From IMG/VR virus record IMGVR_UViG_3300043080_000191: a stretch of DNA of 64,000 bases; one strand, 5' to 3'. Origin of the DNA: a virus. Positions within the stretch are counted from its first letter, which is position 1. Every line of letters starts with the position of its first letter. Both the position numbers and the translations under genes were made by a program. This document shows positions 39,706 to 48,838 of the stretch, in pieces. Below the pieces are notes generated by a model. The model was not told where the DNA came from and searched no databases. It saw nothing but the letters and a program-made list of their open reading frames with translations.

Positions 39706-40277
39706 GTAGCTGACTGTAACACATCTTGATCTGCGTATGAGGTGGATCCAAAGCCACCAACCCTAAGCCCACCTTCAACATCATCTTCTGTTTTCAGATA
39801 AGGCTTAATAATACCTTGACCAATAGCGTCACCTTTCTTCAATAAAATTGGATAAGGGGAAAGGTTAATCAACTGAAAGAAAATTTCTCCTTCATTATCT
39901 TGATTATTATAGTAATCACCATCAATGATTCCAACTCCATTAGCCAAAAGAAGCCAATATTTTAAAGGAGAAGAACTGCGCACACTAAGTTCAAGATAAG
40001 TGCCCGGCTCAAGCTTGCATTTAATTCCTGTTGGAACTAAAGTCGGTTTTGCTTTATATTTCTTAGTCAATGTTGCAACTTCATCAATAGTTTTAATTTT
40101 TTCTTCACTAATTGGAAGTCTGTCCGCGATTCTTAGAGTATCATATAAAGTTTCATATGGCATAATAACTGTATCTGCGGCAACCGTAAAATCATAACCT
40201 GCGGCTTCCTTAGTTTTTCTTACAGGAAGCTGAATATCAGCATCCGCATATTTACTAACTACTTCAAATTTCGCCAT
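39702..40277 (-). CDS. dut: dUTPase / dCTP deaminase superfamily (trimeric dUTPase-like)
   Basis: 'GVGIIDGDYYNNQDNEGEIFFQLINLS' matches dUTPase motif III (G-x-I-D-x-D-Y-R-G). 191 aa. Confidence 0.65.
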   Translation of the reverse strand: MAKFEVVSKYADADIQLPVRKTKEAAGYDFTVAADTVIMPYETLYDTLRIADRLPISEEKIKTIDEVATLTKKYKAKPTLVPTGIKCKLEPGTYLELSVRSSSPLKYWLLLANGVGIIDGDYYNNQDNEGEIFFQLINLSPYPILLKKGDAIGQGIIKPYLKTEDDVEGGLRVGGFGSTSYADQDVLQSAT

Positions 40278-40279
40278 AT

Positions 40280-40528
40280 TTAAAACCCACTTCCATACTG
40301 AACATCAATATGCTCTTCTGGATCTTTCTCTTCGTTAAAAGTAATTTTTGCTTTAACCACCTGATACTCTTCGATAATTTCGCCTTTAGCTTTAATATAT
40401 TTCGTTGTATAACTAAAGCTAGTAAGCTCGCCGCAATCAATCTGTTCAAGTTCTTTTCTTAATGCCAGAGCGTCTTCTACTGTTGGAACTCTGTAAGTAT
40501 TTACACTATTAATTAAATATTTATCCAT
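40280..40528 (-). CDS. Hypothetical protein (82 aa)
   Basis: ORF in an operon context, no motif. Confidence 0.4.
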   Translation of the reverse strand: MDKYLINSVNTYRVPTVEDALALRKELEQIDCGELTSFSYTTKYIKAKGEIIEEYQVVKAKITFNEEKDPEEHIDVQYGSGF

Positions 40529-40530
40529 AA

Positions 40531-40818
40531 TTAAAATACCTCTACTTTTAATTCATTATTTGAAAATTGTGTTGTTTTATAAAGATTTTCTACTATGTCG
40601 CTTAAATATTCTTTATCTCCTTCAAGTATTATATGTGGAATATTTAAAGCATAACTTAAATCATTTAAATTATCTACTAATTCCCATAATGGAGATTTTG
40701 CTGTTTCTATAATTTTATCATCTTGTACAATAAAAATAGTTTGATCTATCACAAAATAATCTACTGTACATACAAGTTTATTATCCACGGAAAGTAACAA
40801 CTCCTTTATCATACTCAA
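40531..40818 (-). CDS. Hypothetical protein (95 aa)
   Basis: ORF in an operon context. Confidence 0.4.
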   Translation of the reverse strand: MSMIKELLLSVDNKLVCTVDYFVIDQTIFIVQDDKIIETAKSPLWELVDNLNDLSYALNIPHIILEGDKEYLSDIVENLYKTTQFSNNELKVEVF

Positions 40819-41287
40819 ACAAATATAAACAAGTTACATTTTCTTTTTGTTTTACCCAAATTTCAAGTGCATTATCAACTTGATTTTCAGACAATGAGAC
40901 TAACTCTCCTACACTTTGTAAGCAATCAACTACTGCTAATCCTAAATTATCATATTCAAGATTATCGCCAGTCCTTGAGAATAACGTAAAATAACTAATC
41001 TCTTTTCCATAAAGCATAAAATATTTATTATCTGAGGATTCTGCCATCTTGTTGATAGAATCTATCATATCTTTAATTTGTTCTTGATTATATATTGGTA
41101 GCTGAGAAATGATTTGTTTATTCATATCGTATAGATTTAATTCTAAACCATCAGATTTAATATTCATTGCTTTCCAGCCTTTATTCCACACATAAAATTC
41201 TTTTTCATCTTCAATCCAAGCAATTTCGCCAGGCTCAAAATATAAAAGAGGATTATCTAACTCTTTTCTAGTTTGAAAAGTAACCAT
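40781..41287 (-). CDS. Hypothetical protein (168 aa)
   Basis: ORF in an operon context. Confidence 0.4.
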   Translation of the reverse strand: MVTFQTRKELDNPLLYFEPGEIAWIEDEKEFYVWNKGWKAMNIKSDGLELNLYDMNKQIISQLPIYNQEQIKDMIDSINKMAESSDNKYFMLYGKEISYFTLFSRTGDNLEYDNLGLAVVDCLQSVGELVSLSENQVDNALEIWVKQKENVTCLYLFEYDKGVVTFRG

Positions 41288-41334
41288 CTACTATGCTCCT
41301 TTCTTATTTTAAATATATTATATCAAAAAATATG

Positions 41335-41817
41335 TTAAAAGTCAAAAGGTGCATAATAAATGTTCTGATTACTAGAACCTCTTAAAAATAAAGTCGTATC
41401 TCTTAAAGATTCAACATAAGGCCCATCAATTAGAGCATCAATATTATCTAAGATACTTTTTACTTTTGGAAAATTACTTTCTTTTAAATTTTCCAAAGTG
41501 TATCCTGTCCATAGGTAGATCTTCACATTTGGTAATTTTTCTTTGATAGAATTAACTACAAGTAAAGTCAGTAATTGGTTTTCTGGACAGAGAGGCTCTC
41601 CTCCCATAATACATAAATTCCGTTTTATTCCATTTGCCGTTAAAGCATTAACAATCTCTTGAATTGTTTCTGGAGTAAATTCTTTTCCACCATCAAAGTC
41701 CCATGTCTCGGGGTTATGACACCCCGGACATCTATGAGGACAACCTTGAGTAAAGAATGAAACAGAAACTCCAGGAGCAGCGGCAAAATCATTTTTTATA
41801 ATGCCTGCATAATTCAT
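41335..41817 (-). CDS. nrdG: Anaerobic ribonucleotide reductase activating protein (radical SAM)
   Basis: 'FFTQGCPHRCPGCHNPETW' is the NrdG-type Cys cluster. 160 aa. Overlaps the nrdD stop by 4 nt. Confidence 0.8.
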   Translation of the reverse strand: MNYAGIIKNDFAAAPGVSVSFFTQGCPHRCPGCHNPETWDFDGGKEFTPETIQEIVNALTANGIKRNLCIMGGEPLCPENQLLTLLVVNSIKEKLPNVKIYLWTGYTLENLKESNFPKVKSILDNIDALIDGPYVESLRDTTLFLRGSSNQNIYYAPFDF

Positions 41818-44066
41818 TCTAAGTAACCTCCATGCTTAACCCTATGATGCACTTCGTCTTGCTTACCCAAATTAAAAGCTGTTGTATAATTACCAGTTAA
41901 ATAACCGGTTACACGACGTAATTGCTGAATATGATGACTTCCGCAAACTGGGCAAGTATCATTAAATTCATCGCAGTATCCACAATCAAGGCAAGTATCA
42001 TTAGGTACATTGACCGCAAAGTATGGAATATCATGATCCATAGCATAATTAACTACTTGTTCTAATCCTTCAAGATTATTTTTAATTCCACAATCAAGCT
42101 CTACGTAAGTAATACATCCCGCAGAACTGTAGCCAGTAAGCTGTGATTCAATATCAATTTTATCAAAAGGACTTATTTTTTTCCATACTGGAACATGAAT
42201 TGAGTTTGTAAAAAATTCTTTATCTGATACATTAGGAATTTCTCCATATTTATCTTTGAATTTCTTTAAAGAGGTATAACATAAATTCTCAGCCGGAGTA
42301 TAATAAACTCCAAAATTTAATTTATATTCTTCTTTAAATTCAGCACATCTAGTTTTAAATAATTGTTCAATCTGTTTAGCTAACTCCATACCTTCTTTTG
42401 TAGTATGATCTTTACCGATAAGAATTTGGAGAGTTTCAGCTAATCCAATTTGCCCAATAGCTAAAGTACCATGCTTAAGGGCTGATCTAATCCCTTCTTC
42501 TGGAACATATCCTGCCATTACTCCATTCTCATACATAAACTTAGCAGAATCCGCAGACTGAGAACAAATCCAATCAAAACGTTCAATTAGCATATCTTTT
42601 GCTTCATGGATTTTAATATCTAATAAATCCATAAATTCTTCAATTAAATTATATCCAGATTCTTCATCATTAGATAGTTTACTTAAAGTTTTTATTTTTT
42701 CTTTTGTTTCCATAGCTAACGTGGGCATAATAATTGTTACAGGACAAATATTTCCACGTCCATCTTTTCTCTGATCCAGACCATTAACATCCCAACCATT
42801 GGCTGTTCTGCATCCCATCGTTGAGAAATAAGTACATGGATCATTTATATCATATCCTTCATTGCCGCTCCAATCAACATTTGCATAATTTGGATAAAGT
42901 CTCTGCGCTGTTGATTTTAAAGCTAACTGAAATAAGTCATAATTTGGATCTCCTGGCTGTCTATTAACACCTTTCATACACTGGAAAATTCCGCATGGGA
43001 AAATTGAAGTTTTATGAAGTTTACCAATACCTTCAATAGATACTTCCAATAGAGCTTTAGTAATAATTCTTCCTTCTTCTAATGTACAAGTTCCATAGTT
43101 AATAGAAGTAAAAGGTAACTGATTGCCAGAGCGAGATTGTAATGTATTTAGATTGTGATACATCCCTTCAACTGCTTGATAAATTTCTTTAAGAGTCATA
43201 TCCATGGCATATTTATAGGTTTTGGGCCAGTTTAAGTATACTTCATCAGTAATAGAACGATTACTATTATCTGGCATAATACTCCAAGACTGATTTTCAA
43301 GATATGTCATACCGTCTTTGAAATGTTTCCAGAAGCTCTTTCTTACGTAAGGTACCATAGTCCAGTCAAGATGAGTAGCACTAACCCCACCAAATTGCTG
43401 TAAAGATTGCAATTGGAAAATAACAGCCACAAGCTGGAAAGCAGTGTTAACACTATTAGCGGGCCGCACATCTGTCTGTCTTGTATTAAACCCATTCGCC
43501 AACAAATCATCAAAAGGTATAGAGAGACAATTATGCATACCAACAGCGTAACTATCAAGATCATGTATATAGATTTCATTATTTAAGTGATTCTCCCTTG
43601 CTTTTTTAGAGATAATGAAATTTAGCGCATAGTCTTTTGTCATTACGCTATTAGCTTCACCCATACGACCTCCAAAAGAATGTTCATCAACATTAGCATT
43701 TTGATTCTGAACATTACTTGCGGTTAATTTTTCACTAATAGCTTTAATGAATTCATCATTATGATTTCTTGCGGCTTCTCTCTTATAGCGATAACGAATA
43801 TACGCTTTCGCTACATCTCTACGCTCAGAGCGCATTAAGAAGTCTTCAACCATATCTTGAATCTTTTCAACATCAACAGCGGCTAAATCTTTTTTAATTT
43901 TGCTCATATCTTGTAGAGCAATTTGAATATCTTCTGCAATATCTTCAGCAGTGTCAGTCTCATATAAAGTTCCATCAACTTCAATCATAGCACTATTTAC
44001 TGCATTAATAATTTTTTGTTTATCAAAAGGTACTGAAGTACCATCTCTTTTTATAATATTTAACAT
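41814..44066 (-). CDS. nrdD: Anaerobic ribonucleoside-triphosphate reductase (class III)
   Basis: N-terminal ATP-cone 'IKRDGTSVPFDKQKI'. C-terminal Zn ribbon 'CLDCGY...CPVCGS' and glycyl-radical motif 'RRVTGYLTGNY'. 750 aa. Confidence 0.85.
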   Translation of the reverse strand: MLNIIKRDGTSVPFDKQKIINAVNSAMIEVDGTLYETDTAEDIAEDIQIALQDMSKIKKDLAAVDVEKIQDMVEDFLMRSERRDVAKAYIRYRYKREAARNHNDEFIKAISEKLTASNVQNQNANVDEHSFGGRMGEANSVMTKDYALNFIISKKARENHLNNEIYIHDLDSYAVGMHNCLSIPFDDLLANGFNTRQTDVRPANSVNTAFQLVAVIFQLQSLQQFGGVSATHLDWTMVPYVRKSFWKHFKDGMTYLENQSWSIMPDNSNRSITDEVYLNWPKTYKYAMDMTLKEIYQAVEGMYHNLNTLQSRSGNQLPFTSINYGTCTLEEGRIITKALLEVSIEGIGKLHKTSIFPCGIFQCMKGVNRQPGDPNYDLFQLALKSTAQRLYPNYANVDWSGNEGYDINDPCTYFSTMGCRTANGWDVNGLDQRKDGRGNICPVTIIMPTLAMETKEKIKTLSKLSNDEESGYNLIEEFMDLLDIKIHEAKDMLIERFDWICSQSADSAKFMYENGVMAGYVPEEGIRSALKHGTLAIGQIGLAETLQILIGKDHTTKEGMELAKQIEQLFKTRCAEFKEEYKLNFGVYYTPAENLCYTSLKKFKDKYGEIPNVSDKEFFTNSIHVPVWKKISPFDKIDIESQLTGYSSAGCITYVELDCGIKNNLEGLEQVVNYAMDHDIPYFAVNVPNDTCLDCGYCDEFNDTCPVCGSHHIQQLRRVTGYLTGNYTTAFNLGKQDEVHHRVKHGGYLE

Positions 44067-44079
44067 TTAATCCCTCCGT

Positions 44080-44120
44080 CTAAATATAGTATAGTCCATA
44101 GGGGCCTACACTATATTTAG
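44080..44120 (-). promoter_or_regulatory. 15-bp-stem hairpin in the nrdD 5' leader, abutting the RBS; arms resemble degenerate NrdR boxes (ACACTATATTTAG)
   Basis: ctaaatatagtatag-(11 nt)-ctacactatatttag, with one mismatch. No U-run follows on the minus strand, so it is not a classic terminator. Confidence 0.35.
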
Positions 44121-44154
44121 AGTTTGTTATTATTTTATTATCTTATTTTGTCCT

Positions 44155-44712
44155 TTATGCGGTCTCATGGGCAAGTTCAAGAATCTTTTTAATTCCTAAA
44201 CTTAAATCAGATTCAGTTTCATTTATAATATCTTCATATTTAAAATCCAATTCTTCCCCATCAAAGTCAAGCATATCAGCTCTAAAACGTCTAATTATTT
44301 CATTAACATCTGGATCAGATTCTCTATTGAGTTGGCGTAAGAGTCTCGTCTTATCTGAGGCTTGCACATAAAATACATGCACATCAACATTTTTATTATG
44401 TAATAAAGACTCTATTCCAGCTGGATTAAAAACTCCAATATTCCAAATATCTGATCTTAATGATTCAAAACCTGTTCCATAAAACCAATCATTAAAACAT
44501 GTTGCTTCTAACATTTCTCCTTTTAGAACCTTGTCTCCAAAAGTTTCTGGGTCTAAAAAGAAATAATTAATACCATCTATCTCACCTTCTCTTGGTGGTC
44601 TTGTAGTACAGCTAACAATCTCATGCAAAGTACAATCTTTCTCTAATACCTTTTGCAAAATTGTATCTTTACCAGACCCCGCTTTGCCAATTATTGCAAT
44701 AATCTTATACAT
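44155..44712 (-). CDS. Guanylate-kinase-like nucleoside monophosphate kinase (start moved to 'MYKIIAIIGKAGSGKDT' after RBS aaaggagg)
   Basis: P-loop GKAGSGKDT plus 'SCTTRPPREGEIDGINYFFL...YGT', the guanylate kinase signature. Confidence 0.6.
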   Translation of the reverse strand: MYKIIAIIGKAGSGKDTILQKVLEKDCTLHEIVSCTTRPPREGEIDGINYFFLDPETFGDKVLKGEMLEATCFNDWFYGTGFESLRSDIWNIGVFNPAGIESLLHNKNVDVHVFYVQASDKTRLLRQLNRESDPDVNEIIRRFRADMLDFDGEELDFKYEDIINETESDLSLGIKKILELAHETA

Positions 44713-44734
44713 TATACCTCCTTTTGGAAGAGGA

Positions 44735-46064
44735 TTACTCCTCTTCCAAATCACCTTGATATCTATGATCTCTTAATCGGATTCTTCCATCTTCATATAT
44801 TTCATCAATTTTGTATAACTGATGACCACCAGAAGATGCATATTTCTTAGAAATAAAATCATCTCCAGAGCGAATACCCATTACTACAATCATATTACCT
44901 CTATTAAACCAAGATTTTTCAACCACATGTTTTACTCCATCATCGCCTTTAATTGAAATTTGTTTATCAAATAAAGCAAAATATTCTTTTCTAAACTTAA
45001 CATTTACAACTCCAGAAGTGGTTAATAAGGTAACTGTACTCTTTGCTTTATTCTTAGCAATACATGTGCCGCAAATCTTATTTAATTTAAAGATGTTAAT
45101 TGTCTTTCCACCTTTGGTGAAAGTTCTTTCAACTACTGGATTTTCTGGAAGCTTAAAGAAATCACTAAAACCATATAAAGTATTATTTACATGCGCTAAT
45201 TCATGCTCGTGATAATAAAAACATAATGCTTCCATTTCCCATGCAGATATTGTTCCTTTGGCATATTTTTGCCAATCATCCATAAAGATTTTAGAATTAA
45301 GCTCATTTAAAATGGCTTCTTTATCTGCGGCAATCCAAACTCTAAAGACGTCCATCCAACTCTGATAATATTTATCCCATGCTTTTACATCAAGATAATA
45401 TCCTAATCCATCACATGTAATTAAGTCATTCATTTCTATTTCAGATAAGAAATTAAAGGCTCTATCGTCAAGTGTATAATATGTCATAGCTTTATTTGGT
45501 CTACACATTGCTTTTAAGTATCTATTAAATTCATAGATTCTTCTTGCCATAACTCTTTCATCTGTATCTTCTGGAAGAAGATTATGTCGAATCAAACCAG
45601 GAAGATTCTGCAATGTAAGTCTCTTTTTCTTATCACATGTTTCCCAGATATACCATCCCATACACTGACGACGATCCATCATATCATCAAAAGCTCCACC
45701 TTTAATAAGCGAAATCATTGCTTGCTTTCCGGGATGAACTTTATTTAAAAAGTCTCTAGGAGAAACATAAGGTCTATTCTTAATTGTCGCTTCAATTATA
45801 TCATCACCAACATTCAACATAGCTTTCATGCCATAAAGAATCCTATGATTTTCTGCATCTGGCTTAAATCCAAAATCTGAATGATTAATATTTACTAAAC
45901 TAAGATTAATACCAGCATTAATAATTTCACCCATAGCTTTTGCAATTTTACCATAATCAGTTTGTCCTGCATTTTCTGGATCAGTTGCGCCACTATTTAC
46001 AATCAAACAAGCTGTGTTCCAATAAATAGGATCCCAGTTAGTTGCAATAAATAATGTCTGAACA
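44735..46064 (-). CDS. dnaE: DNA polymerase III alpha (DnaE) exon 3 (C-terminal HhH/OB region)
   Basis: '...IGVQTLFIATNWDPIYWNTACLIVNSGATDPEN...SLIKGGAFD' aligns to DnaE '[11 protein letters not shown]...'. The frame is open upstream of the annotated TTG, back to the intron. Confidence 0.7.
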
Positions 46065-47308
46065 CCGATGAAAGAATAAGCTAATGCGTGTATGCATTAT
46101 TATAAAAATAACTGACTATTTTTTACAGTCGTAGTAGTGAAGTTGGTAAGGCTTCTTGACTGCACACTATTTCCCAGAACGTATCAATAGTTCCAGTACT
46201 CCCGGTCTAATCCAGGATAGTCGATACAACATTTCAAGTTTAAAAGGTTTATTTTTTATTTTCTTAAAGGATAAGAAAGATTTTCTTTTTTATGCGCTCG
46301 TCCTGCATTAATATTTTTTACAGTTGAATAACTTTTATTCCATTTTATAGCAATTTTATTAAGAGATAAATCAGTTTCTAAAATATCTTTTATAATTCCA
46401 TTTACCCAAATTTGATTATTTTCCTTTCTACTTCCTTTATTACAAAGTGGATAAGTATCTTCTTCACTATAAAAATATTTTCCAGTATTTATCATTGATA
46501 AAAAACCAGCGCTTTTAATATTAAAATCTTTTTGTATACTAGAATATTTTTCCCCTGATTTAATTCTATTTTTAATTTCTCTAATCTCTTTTTGAGAAAA
46601 TCTGCTTTTAGCATTTTTCTTTAATGGATAATTAAAATCAGGATTATAAAAATTAGCTCCTGTATTAATATTAACTAAAAAAGTTCTTTTTAATTTTGGA
46701 GAATAAATTTTTTCGATATCATCATATTCTTCATCATTTATTAATCTCCTCTGAATATCTTTAATCTCTTCTCCTGTAAATAATTTAGAACGTTGCAATT
46801 TTTCTAAATAAGTTAATGGAGGTTTTGAACATCCATCTCCACCTTTAGTTAAGTTATATCCATTTTCAGTAGTTAAAGAGTGAAAATGTTCAATAAAATA
46901 AATTTCTCTATCATTTATAAAATCTTTTGATTCTCCATCTGCAATTTCTTCTAAAACTTCATATGAAAAATTATTCATTCCATATTTCCTAATTGCGCAA
47001 TGAAAAGGTAAATAATATCCATTACTTTTAATATTAAAAGCTTCACTTTTATGCCCATTAAATCTTTTTTGCAAATCATTTGTTTGTCCAATATAAATCT
47101 TTCCATTTATCTTATTGGTATATTTATAAATATAATACATATTTCTCCCTCCTCTCTGTGGATATTTGAAAATTTTAATACCTCTTTTAAACTGATTTGT
47201 CACGAGATTTTACCCTCGTTAGCAATTAATCATTGATTTTACCAGAATCAATTTTCAATTAATTACCCCGATGATGAATCGGTTAAGTGTGTAAGCGCCA
47301 TTTACACA
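46065..47308 (-). mobile_element. Group I intron (about 1.24 kb) in dnaE carrying a GIY-YIG homing endonuclease; boundaries +/-20 nt
   Basis: dnaE is interrupted between '...KYGAGPQMGYSF' and 'IGVQTLF...' (E. coli DnaE is continuous here: [21 protein letters not shown]). The 3' segment has P7-type elements UAUCGACUAUCC ... AAAAAUAGUCAG. The exon-1 reading frame hits a stop 3 codons into the insert. Confidence 0.6.
46256..47140 (-). CDS. GIY-YIG homing endonuclease (intron-encoded), with C-terminal NUMOD-like HTH repeats
   Basis: 'MYYIYKYTNKINGKIYIGQTNDLQKRFNGHK...GYNLTKGGDG' after RBS GAGGAGGGAG. The ORF-track start at 47203 is an upstream GTG with no RBS. Confidence 0.8.
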   Translation of the reverse strand: MYYIYKYTNKINGKIYIGQTNDLQKRFNGHKSEAFNIKSNGYYLPFHCAIRKYGMNNFSYEVLEEIADGESKDFINDREIYFIEHFHSLTTENGYNLTKGGDGCSKPPLTYLEKLQRSKLFTGEEIKDIQRRLINDEEYDDIEKIYSPKLKRTFLVNINTGANFYNPDFNYPLKKNAKSRFSQKEIREIKNRIKSGEKYSSIQKDFNIKSAGFLSMINTGKYFYSEEDTYPLCNKGSRKENNQIWVNGIIKDILETDLSLNKIAIKWNKSYSTVKNINAGRAHKKENLSYPLRK

Positions 47309-48501
47309 ACGCTGAATGAATAACCCATCTGTGGACCTGCACCATATTTCCAGATATATTCTCCCAATTTTTTGGAAGTCGCCTTAGATAAAACTTTTGC
47401 TTTCAATTCTGGAATCTTTGACATCTGCTTCTTACCAACAATTTTACGAGCCGCATTTGCTTCACCAAGAGAAAAACCGCAAATATCTTTATCCATTAAC
47501 ATTCTCATTAATTGCTCCTGGCTTGGTGGAACTCCATATGATTGTTTAAAATAAGGTTCAATAGTTTTTTGCTCTTCTTTTGTTAGACCAAAATTATCCA
47601 TTTCTTTATACCATAAGCTAATATCTTTCTTATACTTACAGTATTTTACCATTGGGCGTTCCTCACCTTCTTCTCCAGTGAGTCGCATAAGACCATTCGC
47701 ATCTGCCATTTCAAGCACATTCTGCGGTTTAATCATTTTCGCTGCTTGGGCTCCAACCTGTGAATCAAACTGAAATGTATTAATTACAGATACATTACTA
47801 AGAGCATCCCAAATTTTTTGATCCTGTAGAGGAAGAACATTTGGATGAAAATACTTATCATATACTTCACGTAATTTTAACTCTGGATCAATTAAATTAT
47901 CAGCCTGAAGTAATTGAATTGTTTGAACTAATTTATCCTGAACCTCAGTTACAAGAAAATCATATTTTGTTAAGCCCATATACTCAGCATTATGAAGATC
48001 AAACTGAGTAATAACCTCTCCTTTTGGAGTTTTCATAAAGGCGCTATGCTCAAATGGGTCACCATCAAAAAGAATAACTCCAGAAGCATGAGAAGAACGC
48101 TTATTTACAAGACCTTCAATAGACATAATAATATCCAATAAACCTGGATAATTATTTACTTCACGCACAAATACAGAAATTGGTCTTCTATTTTTTTCTG
48201 GATTACCATTAACAACATCTTTAATTGGCCATAAAAATCCACGCTCTTCTGGAATTAAAGATGACATATACTGAGCTTCATCAATATCAATTCCTTCTGG
48301 ATAATCCTCAGATCTATATCCACGACAAGCGGTTAATACAGCAGATTTAGTTCCTTCTGTTCCAAAAGTTGCAATAAGAGTACAACCAAGTGCTTTCTTT
48401 GCCCATTCCGCAATTCCTTCTTTAAGCATTGCGCTTCTTTCTTCTCTAATTCTTTGAAGAATTAAAGGTCTCTTAGATGGACATATATCAATATCAATAT
48501 C
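47309..48501 (-). CDS. dnaE: DNA polymerase III alpha (DnaE) exon 2 (palm/fingers)
   Basis: Begins 'DIDIDICPSKRP...' (E. coli PDFDVDFCMEKRD) and contains 'RSSHASGVILFDGDPFEHSAFMKTPKGEVITQFDLHNAEYMGLTKYDFL' (DnaE 'HAAGVVI...TQFD...GLLKMDFLGL'). Confidence 0.75.
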
Positions 48502-48838
48502 CTTTTATTGGACTATCTCTTTCACAATAATCTACTGAGAGTTATTACTTCGATTATTGCTAGAATGCGCTACGGGACAGTGCATCTCCATCCCTCTCAA
48601 AACTTTTATAAAAAGTTTTATTTAGTCTCTACACTCCAATAAATTTTATTAAAGCACGGTATTGCAAAGTCCAACCATATTTCAGGCCACTCGTTCTCTT
48701 AGTCAGCTGATTCGTGTTTATATTTTTTTTGATAAACCTTATTTTGCTGATACCGTTAGCATAATTTTTTTTTAATTACACACCCTTTAGCAAGGTTCAC
48801 ATTCTTTATTTACAACTCGGCAATATCAATATTAGACT
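48502..48838 (-). mobile_element. ORF-less group I intron (about 337 nt) in dnaE at the PDIDID motif
   Basis: Exon 1 ends ...ERVELG(GGU). Intron nt 18-24 GCCGAGU pair with the exon end ACUCGGU, giving P1 with a U-G wobble at the 5' splice site. R-like GUGUAGAGACUAAAU and S-like AAGAGAUAGUCC (P7 GACUA/UAGUC) are present. The intron ends ...AAUAAAAG (omega-G) before GAUAUUGAU (DIDIDI). The spliced product 'ERVELGDIDIDICPSKR' matches E. coli 'ERVSMPDFDVDFCMEKR'. Confidence 0.7.

Noticed and set aside
41814-44066. Intein insertions in nrdD, dnaB-like or helicase genes
   Set aside because: Protein lengths are typical (750, 509 and 394 aa), and no Cys/Ser...His-Asn intein blocks interrupt the conserved motifs. 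The only interruptions found are the RNA-level introns in dnaE and primase.
40000-47554. Short antisense or overlapping ORFs in the replication block (40000..40197, 40264..40449, 43343..43579, 44653..44850, 45018..45212, 47051..47236, 47372..47554, 49261..49446, 52217..52796, 53964..54170, 54773..55021, 59563..59751, 61315..61584, 62584..62793)
   Set aside because: They are nested within well-supported enzyme genes on the other strand or frame and have no RBS.
48502-48838. Translational bypassing (T4 gene-60-like hop) between the repeated AUAUUGAUAUUG take-off and landing sequences
   Set aside because: The gap is ~335 nt (and >1 kb for the other inserts), far beyond known bypass distances. 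P1 pairing and R/S elements favour a group I intron.
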